Assembly (NCBI GenBank): GCA_963666735.1
Contig: OY762926.1
Location: 1,760,001 to 1,824,000 of the forward strand
Direction: 5' to 3'
Source of the DNA: Gemmatimonadota bacterium
GTDB taxonomy: Bacteria; Gemmatimonadota; Gemmatimonadetes; Palauibacterales; Palauibacteraceae
Length of the DNA stretch: 64,000 nt
The translations under genes and the position numbers were made by a program. Numbering within the stretch: position 1 is the first letter of the stretch; each line of letters opens with the position of its first letter. Below, in pieces: positions 31,650 to 40,999 of this stretch. The notes below the pieces were generated by a model that searched no databases, was not told the DNA's origin, and worked only from the letters and a program-made list of their open reading frames with translations.

Positions 31650-32306
31650 TCAATCGAGCATCGGGGCGATGATGCAGGCGAACCGGTTCCGCGCCCGATT
31701 CAGGCGCGACTTGACGGTGCCCAGCGTCACTCCCGTGATCTCCGAAATCTCCTCGTAGCTCTTCCCTTCCAGTTCGCGCAGCACGAATACGACACGGTGA
31801 TGCTCGGGAAGTTTCGCGACCGCGGCCTCGACCTGTTCGCGCACGCGCCGCTTGCGGAACAGGTCGTCGGGCCGGTAGGCCGTATCCTCGAATTCAAGCG
31901 GCCGATGGTCGGCTTCCCAACTCTTCCTGAGCGTATGGAAGAGTACCAGCGGGTTGCGCGCCCGGTTCCGCAATTCGTTCTTCGCCAGGTTGCTGGCGAT
32001 CGTATAGATCCAGGTTGAGAACTTCCGTGCGGGATCGAACCGGTGGAGGTGCCGGTAGACGCGCACGAAGGTCTCCTGCACGAGATCCTCGGCACGGTCC
32101 CGGTCTCCGATGGTGCGGTAGATGAAGTTGAGCAGGCGGTCCTGGTAGCGCTCGGCAATCTCGTTGAACGCGAAGCGCTGCCCCCCGAGGTAATGGGTGA
32201 CGAGTTCGGCATCCTCGAGGCGCTTCAACTCCCCGCGCCCGAGTGGTTCCATCTCCTCCGGCGCCGCGTATTGCCTCACGACTTCGAGGTTCGGCTTCGT
32301 GTCCAT
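31650..32306 (-). CDS. ECF sigma-70 factor (SigE/SigW-like)
   Basis: AEDLVQETF, FSTWIY.IA.N, VF.LRE.EG.SYEEI and GTVKSRLNRAR. Confidence 0.93.
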   Translation of the reverse strand: MDTKPNLEVVRQYAAPEEMEPLGRGELKRLEDAELVTHYLGGQRFAFNEIAERYQDRLLNFIYRTIGDRDRAEDLVQETFVRVYRHLHRFDPARKFSTWIYTIASNLAKNELRNRARNPLVLFHTLRKSWEADHRPLEFEDTAYRPDDLFRKRRVREQVEAAVAKLPEHHRVVFVLRELEGKSYEEISEITGVTLGTVKSRLNRARNRFACIIAPMLD

Positions 32307-32336
32307 GCCGCTTCCTTTGCAGGCGAGTTCGGCGCG

Positions 32337-32984
32337 TTAAACCCCGTTGCCGCCGATTCGGTCCATCCGGCGGGCAACCCAGCGCGCCGCGAGGGTCAGC
32401 GCACAGATGGTCTTGCCATCGCTGATCTCTCCCGCATCGATCATCTCGATGGTACGGCGCAGGGGCAGCCGATGCACATCCATGAACTCGCTCGCCTCGT
32501 GACTCGTCTCCCCCGCCTCCAGATCCCACGCCGCGAAGAGGTGGATGACCTCGTCCGTGAAACCCGGCGTCGTGTGTACGGAGGCCAGCCGCTCCAGGCG
32601 TCCGGCACGCAGCCCCGCCTCCTCTTCCAGTTCCCGGAGAGCGCACGCCTCGGAGGGCTCGCCGGGCTCCAGGTTGCCGGCCGGCACCTCCCAGATGAAG
32701 CCGCCGGCGGCGTACCGGTATTGACGCACCAGCGTGACGACGGGCTCGCGCGGGGGCGCGGCGCCGGCCTCGCCGGAAGGCTCGGGAAGGTCCAGCGCGA
32801 CGACGGCGGCGGCGCCGGAGTGGCGGATCAATTCGAGCCGGCCGATGGACCCGTCCGGGAATCGCACGCGATCCACGTCGACGTGGACCCTGCGGCCGGA
32901 GTAGACGCGCTCTCCGTCCACGCGGCCCGTCGAGGCGCCGCGCCCGGCGCCTTCGCGCGCGCCGCCGGTCCGGGCGTCGGTCAC
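32337..32984 (-). CDS. Nudix hydrolase (ADP-ribose pyrophosphatase NudF-like)
   Basis: LVRQYRY, E.PAG.LEPGE....CALRELEEEAG and GEI.D.KT. GTGA overlap. Confidence 0.88.
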   Translation of the reverse strand: MTDARTGGAREGAGRGASTGRVDGERVYSGRRVHVDVDRVRFPDGSIGRLELIRHSGAAAVVALDLPEPSGEAGAAPPREPVVTLVRQYRYAAGGFIWEVPAGNLEPGEPSEACALRELEEEAGLRAGRLERLASVHTTPGFTDEVIHLFAAWDLEAGETSHEASEFMDVHRLPLRRTIEMIDAGEISDGKTICALTLAARWVARRMDRIGGNGV

Positions 32985-34354
32985 GGCGTGCTCGAGACGG
33001 ACCGCACGTCCACGGGCTCGAAGCCATCGAGCGTCGGCGCGGCCGTCGCCGCGTCGCCGACCGCGAGGAGCGTGAGGCGGTCGGGATCGAGGTACCTGCG
33101 GCAAGCCTCCCGCACCTCGTCCGCCGTCACGGCCTCGATGCGCGAACGGTACGTCTCCCAGTAATCGTCGGCGAGGCCGAATACGCGCTGGCGGCTCACC
33201 TTGCCGCAAATCTGCACCGCGGTCTCGAACTGGAGCGGGAGGGAGAGCGTCAGTGCGTTGCGGGCCAGCTTCATTTCGTCGGCGGTGACGGGTGTGGTGC
33301 GCATGGTCTCGATCTCGCCCAGGATCTCCTCGAACGCGGGTCCGGTCCGGGCGCACTCGACGGCCGTGCGCGTGACGAAGGGTCCCGCGCCCCGGCGGAA
33401 CCGAAAACTCGATCTCGCCCCGTAGGTCCACCCTTTCTCTTCGCGCAGATTGAGGTTGATCCGGGAGTTGAAGAGGCCGCCGAGGATCGCGTTGGCCACG
33501 ATGATCGCGTAGTGGTCCGCCGTGTTGTAGGGGGCGCCCACGGTCGCGACGCGGATCTCGCTCTGGGCGCTGCCGGGCCGGTCGATGAGGATGAGGTCGT
33601 TCCCCCGCGGGGCCGGCGTTTCCGGGGCCGGGACACGGGCGGTCTCGCCGCTCCAGCCGCCGAAAAGCGTCTCCGCTGCGGACATGAGACGCTCGCGGTC
33701 GAGGTCGCCGCACGCGATGAGGAGGGCGCCTCCGGGGCGATAGCGTGCGGCGTGGAACTCCCGCACCGCTTCCGGGCCGATCTTCGACACGGTGGCAGCG
33801 GTGCCGGCGACCGGGCGGCCGTAGAGGCGGTCGCCGTAGAGTTCGGCGATGGTGGCAAGGCCCGCGACGGTCGCCGGATCGTCTGCCTGGCGTTCGATTT
33901 CGTCGATGCGCTCGCGGCGGATGCGTTCGACTTCGTGCTCGGGGAACTCGGAATCGAGGATGGTGGCGGCGAGGAACTCGAGGGCGTCCTCGAACACCTC
34001 CGAAAGGAAGTGCATGGAGACGGCCCCGACGGCGTAGCCCACCGTCGCGCGGTAGCCGACGCCGAGGCGGTCGAGCCAGCGCGCCATCTCGATGGCGTCC
34101 CGGCCGGGGGCGCCGGCGGTGAGGAGCCGGGCGGTCAGTTCGCCGAGACCGCCGAGTGCCGGCGGTTCGACGCCCGCGCCGCATTCGAGGACGAGGTGGA
34201 GCGATACTTCGGGCAGACCGGGTCGCTCGGCGTGCTCGACCCGCAGGCCGTTGGGGAGCGTGTGCCGCTCGAAGCGCGGCAGCGCGAGCGCGCGCCGTGC
34301 GGCCGGCGCCGGACGCACGGCGCGGTCGGGGGTCGCGGTTCGGGGGTTCGTCAC
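32981..34354 (-). CDS. M16 peptidase, non-catalytic subunit
   Basis: TLPNGLRV and N.ILGG.F.SR.N.NLRE.KG.TYG. It lacks HxxEH. Confidence 0.88.
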   Translation of the reverse strand: MTNPRTATPDRAVRPAPAARRALALPRFERHTLPNGLRVEHAERPGLPEVSLHLVLECGAGVEPPALGGLGELTARLLTAGAPGRDAIEMARWLDRLGVGYRATVGYAVGAVSMHFLSEVFEDALEFLAATILDSEFPEHEVERIRRERIDEIERQADDPATVAGLATIAELYGDRLYGRPVAGTAATVSKIGPEAVREFHAARYRPGGALLIACGDLDRERLMSAAETLFGGWSGETARVPAPETPAPRGNDLILIDRPGSAQSEIRVATVGAPYNTADHYAIIVANAILGGLFNSRINLNLREEKGWTYGARSSFRFRRGAGPFVTRTAVECARTGPAFEEILGEIETMRTTPVTADEMKLARNALTLSLPLQFETAVQICGKVSRQRVFGLADDYWETYRSRIEAVTADEVREACRRYLDPDRLTLLAVGDAATAAPTLDGFEPVDVRSVSSTP

Positions 34355-35661
34355 GGCGTCTCCTCCGTCGTGTCCGCCGCATCCGTTGCGTCCCGGCCCT
34401 CCGCGCCCTCTTCGGGCACGACGTGGAGGACCGTGAGGCCGCGCGGGTCGAACACGGTGTGGGCCACGCGCTCCACGTCCGGGCGGGCTACGGCTCCGTA
34501 GCGCGCGAAAGCATCGTTCACGTAGCCGGCGTCCCCGCGCAACACGGCGGCATGCGCGATCGCGTCCGCCCGGTCGCCGAAGCCCGCGCGCCCGTTCAGG
34601 AGCCCGCGCCGGGCGCGGTTGCGCGCCCCCTCCATTTCTTCCTCTTCGACGCCGCCGCGGAGCAGGTCATCGATGACGTCCCTCACCTCCGTCTCGAGGT
34701 CGGCGGCGGCGACGCCGGGGCGGGCGGTCGCGACGACGAAGCACATTCCGGCGCTCTCGGTCGGCCACGTGAAGGAGATCACGTCGGCCGCCATCTGCTT
34801 TTCGTACACGAGCGTCTTCTCGAAGCGGGAACTGTTCCCGTCGGCGAGCAGGTAGTTGAGGGTGACGACGGCCTCGAAGTCGGGGTCCGCGTAGCGCGGC
34901 GAATGATACATGAGGTACACGCGGGGCATCTGAACGCGGTCCCGAAGGAGCGCGCGCCGCTCTCCACCTCGCTCCGGCACGGGGACGTCCGGGCGCGGCG
35001 CCACGGGTCGCGGGGGAATCTCGCCGAACCAGGTCTCGACGCGCTTCAGGGCTTCGCGCGGATCGAAGTCGCCGGCGAGCACGAGGGTCGCGTTGTTGGG
35101 CCCGTAGTGAAGGTCGAAGAACTCGTGGACGTCCTCGAGCCGGGCCGCATCGATGTCGGACATGTAGCCGATGGTCGGATGACGGTAGGGGTGTCCCTCG
35201 TCGTAGGCGCGCTCGAGCAGGGTCTCGAACGCGAGGCCGTAGGGGCGGTTCTCGTACGACTGCCGCCGCTCGTTCTTCACGACCTCGCGCTGGTTGTCGA
35301 GCTTCTCCTGGGTGATCCCGGGCTTGAAGAACCCCATGCGGTCGGACTCCAGCCACAGGCCGAGATCGAGTTCGTTCGCGGGCAGGGTCTCGAAGTAGTT
35401 CGTGCGGTCGAACCACGTCGTCCCGTTGAGCGTGCCGCCGGCATCCTGGACGAGCTTGAAGTGCTGCTCCTTCGCCACGTGCTCGGATCCCTGGAAGAGG
35501 AGATGCTCGAAGAGGTGCGCGAAGCCGGTTCGGCCGGCGCGCTCGTTCTTCGATCCCACATGGTACATGACGTGAACGGCGACGAGGGGAGCGGACGCAT
35601 CGGGCTGCAGGACCACCCGCAACCCGTTGTCGAGCGTGTGCTCGCGGAGTTCGAGCCTCAT
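34351..35661 (-). CDS. M16 zinc peptidase, catalytic subunit
   Basis: TLDNGLRV, GFAHLFEHL (HxxEH), NGTT..DRTNY, LESDRM and EVVKNERR. Confidence 0.92.
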   Translation of the reverse strand: MRLELREHTLDNGLRVVLQPDASAPLVAVHVMYHVGSKNERAGRTGFAHLFEHLLFQGSEHVAKEQHFKLVQDAGGTLNGTTWFDRTNYFETLPANELDLGLWLESDRMGFFKPGITQEKLDNQREVVKNERRQSYENRPYGLAFETLLERAYDEGHPYRHPTIGYMSDIDAARLEDVHEFFDLHYGPNNATLVLAGDFDPREALKRVETWFGEIPPRPVAPRPDVPVPERGGERRALLRDRVQMPRVYLMYHSPRYADPDFEAVVTLNYLLADGNSSRFEKTLVYEKQMAADVISFTWPTESAGMCFVVATARPGVAAADLETEVRDVIDDLLRGGVEEEEMEGARNRARRGLLNGRAGFGDRADAIAHAAVLRGDAGYVNDAFARYGAVARPDVERVAHTVFDPRGLTVLHVVPEEGAEGRDATDAADTTEETP

Positions 35662-35705
35662 CGTCGCGCGAGACGCTGGAACCAAGTGACTCCTTCCTTT
35701 CCGTA

Positions 35706-35736
35706 GTGCTGCTCCCGGTGCTGCTCCCGGTGCTGC
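35706..35736. repeat. 12-bp tandem repeat, about 2.5 copies
   Basis: GTGCTGCTCCCG x2 plus GTGCTGC, just beyond the rnpB 3' end. Confidence 0.8.
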
Positions 35737-35746
35737 AATGAAGTGA

Positions 35747-36139
35747 GGCGGAGGGAGATAAGCCGGGTTCTGTCACCGGCGGGCCAGGCCCGCGGCGAGG
35801 TCATCTATCTGGGACCTGCGGTTACCCGAGGCCTCCTGCGGCCTACCCGGAACTCTAACGCGACGGGCCGCCGCTCGTTCCTGCTTGGCCTTGCTCCCGG
35901 CGGGGTTTGCCGTGCCGCCCCTGTCTCCAGGAGACGCGGTGGGCTCTTACCCCACCCTTTCACCCTTGCCTGTGCGCCTGAACCCTTGCGGGTCGCAAGC
36001 CGCCATCGGCGGTCTGCTCTCTGTGGCACTTTCCGTCGCCTTGCGACGCCCGGGCGTTACCCGGCGCCGTGCCCTGCGGAGCCCGGACTTTCCTCGAACG
36101 GCGTGCATGCACCCGTCCGCGACCTCTTCTCCCTCCGCC
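35747..36139 (-). ncRNA. rnpB: RNase P RNA (bacterial type A)
   Basis: The minus strand has GAGGAAAGTCCGGGCTCC, AGTGCCACAGA, GGGTGAAAGGGTGGGGTAAGAGCCCACC, GAGCAAGGCCAA and ACAGAACCCGGCTTAT. Terminal P1 helix: GGCGGAGGGAGA/TCTCCCTCCGCC. Confidence 0.97.
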
Positions 36140-36273
36140 GCCGACAACCTAACCGATTGGCAACCCCTTGAGGAATTGTCTACTCTAAGGGTAGGAGGTG
36201 GAGTGTTCGGCGGAGGCGTTTGCCGGACCCGGAGTTCTTCCCGGAGAAGGAGTCGCGAACGCGCGTAAATCGT

Positions 36274-37407
36274 ATGCTACCCGAGTCTACAACACCCCGC
36301 TTGGCGATCGCCCTGTGGGCGCTGGGAATGACGGTCGCGGCGGTTCTTCCCGCGGCCTCCCAGGAAAACAGCCCCGACGGCCTGTCGTCGTATTACGTCT
36401 ACGTGGCGGCGGAATCGGAGGATCGCGTCGATCTCGTCCGGTTCGATGGCGCCGGTGCGTCGGTGCTGGATTCCGTCTTCGTGGGCCGCTTCCCGACGGA
36501 AATCGACGGGCCGCACGGCCTGACGGTCGATCCGAGCGGGGAACGGTGGTACGTGACGCTCGCCCACGGGAATCCCTTCGGCACGGTCGTCGCCTACTCC
36601 ACGGAGACGAACCGCCCGCTCGGGAGCGCCGAACTGGGGCTCTTCCCCGCCACCATGCAGGTGACGCCGGCAGGCCTCCTCTTCGCGGCGAACTTCAACC
36701 TGCACGGCGAACACGAGCCGGGTTCGGTGTCCGTCGTCGACGTCGGCGCGATGATCGAGGTGGCGCAGATTTCGACCTGCACGATGCCGCACGGGTCGCG
36801 GCTCACGGCGGACGGGTCGCGGCACTACTCGGTGTGCATGATGGATGAGATGCTCGTGGAGGTCGACGCGCACCGGCTCGAGGTCGCGCGGCGCTTTCTC
36901 CTCGCCCCGGGTCTGGAACAGGCGTGGCCGCACGACTGGCTCCCGACGCGGCCCGTGGGGGCGCCCGGGTGCAGCCCGACATGGGCACACCCGGCCGTGG
37001 ACGGACGCCATGTGTACGTCGCGTGCAACCGGAACGCGGAGGTGCTGGAAATCGATGCGGAGGCGTGGCGCGTGACACGGCGATTCGAGACGGGCGAGGG
37101 TCCGTACAATCTCGATGTGTCCCCGGACGGCGCCCACCTCGTCGTCACGTACAAGAGCGGGCAGGCGACCGGCATCTGGGATCTGGCCAGCGGGACGGAA
37201 ACGGCGCGGGTTCCGAACACGCGGACGCTGCCGCACGGAATCGCGATATCTCCGGATTCGCGCTACGCCTTCGTGAGCGTGGAGGGCGTGGGCGGAGAGC
37301 CGGGAACAGTGGACGTGATCGACCTCCGGGCCGGCGTCCGGGCGGCCAGCGTGGACGTCGGTAAGCAGGCGGGCGGCATCGCCTTCTGGAAGGTGGAGTC
37401 GCGGTGA
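36274..37407 (+). CDS. YncE/YVTN-type beta-propeller secreted protein
   Basis: Signal peptide and repeats PHGL.VDP.G, PHG..L..DG, P..L.VSPDG and PHGIAISPD. Confidence 0.8.
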   Translation: MLPESTTPRLAIALWALGMTVAAVLPAASQENSPDGLSSYYVYVAAESEDRVDLVRFDGAGASVLDSVFVGRFPTEIDGPHGLTVDPSGERWYVTLAHGNPFGTVVAYSTETNRPLGSAELGLFPATMQVTPAGLLFAANFNLHGEHEPGSVSVVDVGAMIEVAQISTCTMPHGSRLTADGSRHYSVCMMDEMLVEVDAHRLEVARRFLLAPGLEQAWPHDWLPTRPVGAPGCSPTWAHPAVDGRHVYVACNRNAEVLEIDAEAWRVTRRFETGEGPYNLDVSPDGAHLVVTYKSGQATGIWDLASGTETARVPNTRTLPHGIAISPDSRYAFVSVEGVGGEPGTVDVIDLRAGVRAASVDVGKQAGGIAFWKVESR

Positions 37408-40322
37408 GGCGCGGCGCTCGGACCGTACTCGCGGGGATGCTCGCGGGAGTGCTCGCCGTCGCGTGCGGGGACGCGGGAAGCACGGAGGTCGGCTCTCCGC
37501 CGACGACGCTGGTGCCCGTTTCCGCCGCCGTGGACACGATCGTGACGGGCGAGGCCACGGACCCCCCGATCGCGGTTCGGGTCGAGGATGCGCTCGGAAA
37601 CGCGGTCGAAGGGGCGCCGGTCCGCTTCGTCATCGTGAGGGGCGAGGGCGAGCTTTCGCCGGGGGTCGCCGTCGCGGGGCGGGACGGCGTCGCGGAATCG
37701 GTCTACCGCGCGGGCCCCACGCCGGGCCAGGCGGAGATCCAGGCGGACATCCCGAGCGCGGCGAACGTCCCACCGCTCCGCTTTCTCGTTCTCGCGGAGG
37801 CCGCGGACACGGTGCTTCTCAGCATCGTGGAGGGAGACGGCCAGCAAGCGGAGGCGGGAAGCCAGCTGCCGCTTCCGTTCTCCATCCGGGCGGAGACGAT
37901 GAGCGGAGCCCCGGCCGGCGGCGTCCGCATCGCCTTCGAATGGACGACGCCGGAAGCAACCCCGGACGTGCCGGAAGCTGAGGAAACGCCGGGACTGCTG
38001 GAGGCGGGGGACACGGCGGCGGTGGCGGAAGCGCAGGAACCGCCCGCACCGGAGGAGTCGCCGGAGAGCGGGGGTGCCCTCACGCACGACGTCGTGATGA
38101 CGGACGCGGACGGACGGGGCGGCGCCGTCTTCACGCTGGGCTCGCGGCCGGGCGACTACCGGATCCACGTCTTCGCCACGGGCGGCGTGTACTCGGACAC
38201 GCTCTCCTTCTCGGCCAAGGCGCTCGCATCGCCGGGCGGGGCCGTCCAACTCGATTCGGTCGGGAACGGAAGACTCGCCGCAGGCACGCGGGCGCTCCTC
38301 CACGGCAGCGGCTTCCGGCCGGTGCCGGCCGACAACCAGGTCTGGATCGAAGGCACGGCGGCCACGGTGGCGAGTGCCACGGAGACGGAACTCACGGTTG
38401 AAGTGCCCGCTTTCGCCCGCACGTGCCTGCCCGAGCGCGAGGTCGGCGTGCGGGTGCTCGTGGGTTCCGACGCGAGCAACGGTCTTCTGCTTCCGATCGA
38501 ACCGGCCAACCAGCGCGTGGGCCTGGAGGTCGGCGAATCGCTTACCCTGCGCGGGCCGGTCGAGGTCGAATGCGTTCAGTTCCCGCCGGGAGCGCCGCTG
38601 GCAGCGGGAGAAACAGGAGACGCGGGCGAAACGGGAGGGGCGGGCGAGCCCGGGGCGCCGGAAGTCATCGGGGCCGCGACGCGAGAGTATCGGATCGTCA
38701 TCGGCAACACGGGGCGCAGCGCCTCCAGCGGGCTCCCGCTCCGGCTCACGCTGCGGACGCCCGGCGACATGTCGGGGGATGGCCCGGCGACCGCGGTGGG
38801 CCGCCGGGTGATCGACGCCGGGATCGCGGAGGCCGCGCTGGCCGGCACGCGCAGGGACATCGGGATACGCGCACGCACGCTTACGCAGCTTGTTCAGGCC
38901 CGCATCTCGCCCCTGCGGCCCGATGGATCGAGGGCGGTCTCGGCGCCGGCACCCGGAGACACGCTCGAGTACTTCTTCGCCGTCGGTGCGGAGTTGGCGG
39001 CCACCTGCGTCGACCCCGCGAGCACGGTACGGGGAACGGTGCGGGCCGTGGGCGAAGGCGTGGTCCTGGTGGAGGATGTCGCCGCGCCTGCCGGAGGTCC
39101 TACGGAGGAAGAGTGGCTCGCGCTCGCCCGGGCACTGGACGGGACGGTTCTCCCGGCGGTGACCTCCTATTTCGGCCCCCCGGAGGACATCGACCGGAAC
39201 GGGCGCGTCGTCGTCCTGTTCACGCCCGATGTGAACCGGCTCGGCGACGGCGAGGCGGGCGTCGGAGGGTTCTCCCTCCCTCAGGATCTTGCCGCTTCCG
39301 GACGGGGCGACGGCGAGTCATCGGACCCGGACGGCGGGATCTGCCCGGCGAGCAACGAGGCGGAGATCATCTACAGCGTGAGCGCGGACCCGGATGCGAC
39401 GCTCGGCCGCGCCATCTCGACGGAGGACCTGCTGCGCGAGACGCCCGCCCTCGTCGCGCATGAGGTGCAGCACATCGTCAGCGCGGGGCGCCGCGTGCCC
39501 GCTTCTTCAACAGGTTTCGGGGCAGCCGAGGAAGTATGGCTGGATGAGGCGCTTTCGGGTCTGGCCGAGGAAGTGGCGGGACTCGCCGCACTCGGGCTCC
39601 CCGTCGGCGATCGCCTCACCTTCGACCGCGTATCCGAGACGCCCGAGGCGCTCGACACATTCAATGCCTACATGCTGGGCAACTTCCGCAACCTCGGCCT
39701 GTACATGCTCGGACTCCCCGGGGCTCCCACGGTCTCGACGGACGACCTCGACGGCGTCGGCGGGCTGCAGATGCGAGGCTTCGGCTGGTTCCTCCTGCGA
39801 CGGCTCGCGGACCAGGCGGGCGGGGACGAACGGGCCTTCTTCCGGTCCGTCGTCGGGGGCGGAGAGAACCACGGGCGCGGGGTCGCGAACCTGGAGCGGG
39901 TCACCGGCCGGGAGTGGGCGAACATTCTGGCGGACATGTCGGTTTCGCTGGCGCTGGGCGCGCGGACGCTGGACGAGGGAATGGAGCGACCGTCGGGAGA
40001 GGACCCCGAAGCTGGGGGGGTGGGGCCGGAGGCGGGGCCGCCGCTCGCCGCGGCAACGTGGAACGCCACAGATGTGTTCCGATCCTTGAACGAGGATACG
40101 GACGCCCGGTCGGGTCTTCCGGCCGCGATCGCGCTCCGGGCCGAACCGCTGGGGTTTGAAACCCGAGTGCTGAGCCTCGACGTAGGGCCGTCGAGCGTAC
40201 AGTACTTCTCACTCGCCTCGGTTCCGGGCGCACCGGGCCTCTCGCTGTCGCTGGAAACGGCGGGAGGAACCCCGGCGGGTGAGACCGCGGAACCGCTAAT
40301 CACGATCGTGAGGACCAAATGA
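37404..40322 (+). CDS. Large lipoprotein with Ig-like/IPT domains and a zinc metallopeptidase (M30-like) domain
   Basis: Lipobox LAVAC, Big_1-like repeats (GDGQ; V.TDADGRG) and an IPT-like segment (G.GF....DN.V.I.G). The peptidase part has FG.P.DID.NGRVVVL, SNEAEIIY, AHEVQH and WLDEALS..AEE. Confidence 0.72.
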   Translation: MRRGARTVLAGMLAGVLAVACGDAGSTEVGSPPTTLVPVSAAVDTIVTGEATDPPIAVRVEDALGNAVEGAPVRFVIVRGEGELSPGVAVAGRDGVAESVYRAGPTPGQAEIQADIPSAANVPPLRFLVLAEAADTVLLSIVEGDGQQAEAGSQLPLPFSIRAETMSGAPAGGVRIAFEWTTPEATPDVPEAEETPGLLEAGDTAAVAEAQEPPAPEESPESGGALTHDVVMTDADGRGGAVFTLGSRPGDYRIHVFATGGVYSDTLSFSAKALASPGGAVQLDSVGNGRLAAGTRALLHGSGFRPVPADNQVWIEGTAATVASATETELTVEVPAFARTCLPEREVGVRVLVGSDASNGLLLPIEPANQRVGLEVGESLTLRGPVEVECVQFPPGAPLAAGETGDAGETGGAGEPGAPEVIGAATREYRIVIGNTGRSASSGLPLRLTLRTPGDMSGDGPATAVGRRVIDAGIAEAALAGTRRDIGIRARTLTQLVQARISPLRPDGSRAVSAPAPGDTLEYFFAVGAELAATCVDPASTVRGTVRAVGEGVVLVEDVAAPAGGPTEEEWLALARALDGTVLPAVTSYFGPPEDIDRNGRVVVLFTPDVNRLGDGEAGVGGFSLPQDLAASGRGDGESSDPDGGICPASNEAEIIYSVSADPDATLGRAISTEDLLRETPALVAHEVQHIVSAGRRVPASSTGFGAAEEVWLDEALSGLAEEVAGLAALGLPVGDRLTFDRVSETPEALDTFNAYMLGNFRNLGLYMLGLPGAPTVSTDDLDGVGGLQMRGFGWFLLRRLADQAGGDERAFFRSVVGGGENHGRGVANLERVTGREWANILADMSVSLALGARTLDEGMERPSGEDPEAGGVGPEAGPPLAAATWNATDVFRSLNEDTDARSGLPAAIALRAEPLGFETRVLSLDVGPSSVQYFSLASVPGAPGLSLSLETAGGTPAGETAEPLITIVRTK

Positions 40323-40963
40323 GACGCCTCTCCGGCGTTTTTCTCTTTCTCTGCGGGCTGTCTCTCGGAGCGTCGAAGCTGACAGCTCAGATGACTCCCG
40401 CCGTACCGTTCGGCGAGGATACCGGTCCGGAACTGTTCGGACTCGCCGGCGTCATCCAGCCCCTCAACAACCTCACGGACAATACCGGCGCGTACGGCAC
40501 CGTGATTCCGCCGGACGTGATGATGGGGGGCGAGGTGACCTACTGGGCTTCGCGCGCGGTCGGGATCGGCGTGATGGGGCTCTATTCCCCCGCGACGCTC
40601 GAAGCCGTCGCCGGCGGGCCCGGACGGGGACCCGGAACGCTCGGCGAAATGGAGTACCTGGCGGGCACGGTGAATCTGACGTTCCGACTGCGGTCGTCGG
40701 GCTCGGCGGGCGCGCTCGAACCCTACGTCACGATGGGCGGAGGGCTTCGGCAATTGAAGTTCTACGGTGCCGAAGTGCCGAAGCTCAGCGCGACGGACCC
40801 GATGGCGACGGCCGCGATCGGCGTCCGGGTCCATCTCGTGTCGTCGGTCTGGTTCCGGGGCGAACTGCGGGACATGGCGTCCTACTACATCTCCGCCGCG
40901 ACGGACGCGTCGAAACTCCAGAACGACATCGGCATCACGATCGGCTTCGGCGTCCGCTACTAG
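40319..40963 (+). CDS. Small outer-membrane beta-barrel protein
   Basis: Signal peptide, alternating beta strands, PYVT.GGG and C-terminal aromatic ITIGFGVRY. Confidence 0.75.
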   Translation: MRRLSGVFLFLCGLSLGASKLTAQMTPAVPFGEDTGPELFGLAGVIQPLNNLTDNTGAYGTVIPPDVMMGGEVTYWASRAVGIGVMGLYSPATLEAVAGGPGRGPGTLGEMEYLAGTVNLTFRLRSSGSAGALEPYVTMGGGLRQLKFYGAEVPKLSATDPMATAAIGVRVHLVSSVWFRGELRDMASYYISAATDASKLQNDIGITIGFGVRY

Positions 40964-40999
40964 TCCGGCAGCCTGCCGCGGAGCCGGTTCCGCGGCGGG

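Noticed and set aside
35743..36268. Several short ORFs on both strands
   Set aside because: They overlap the RNase P RNA gene and its divergent promoter region.
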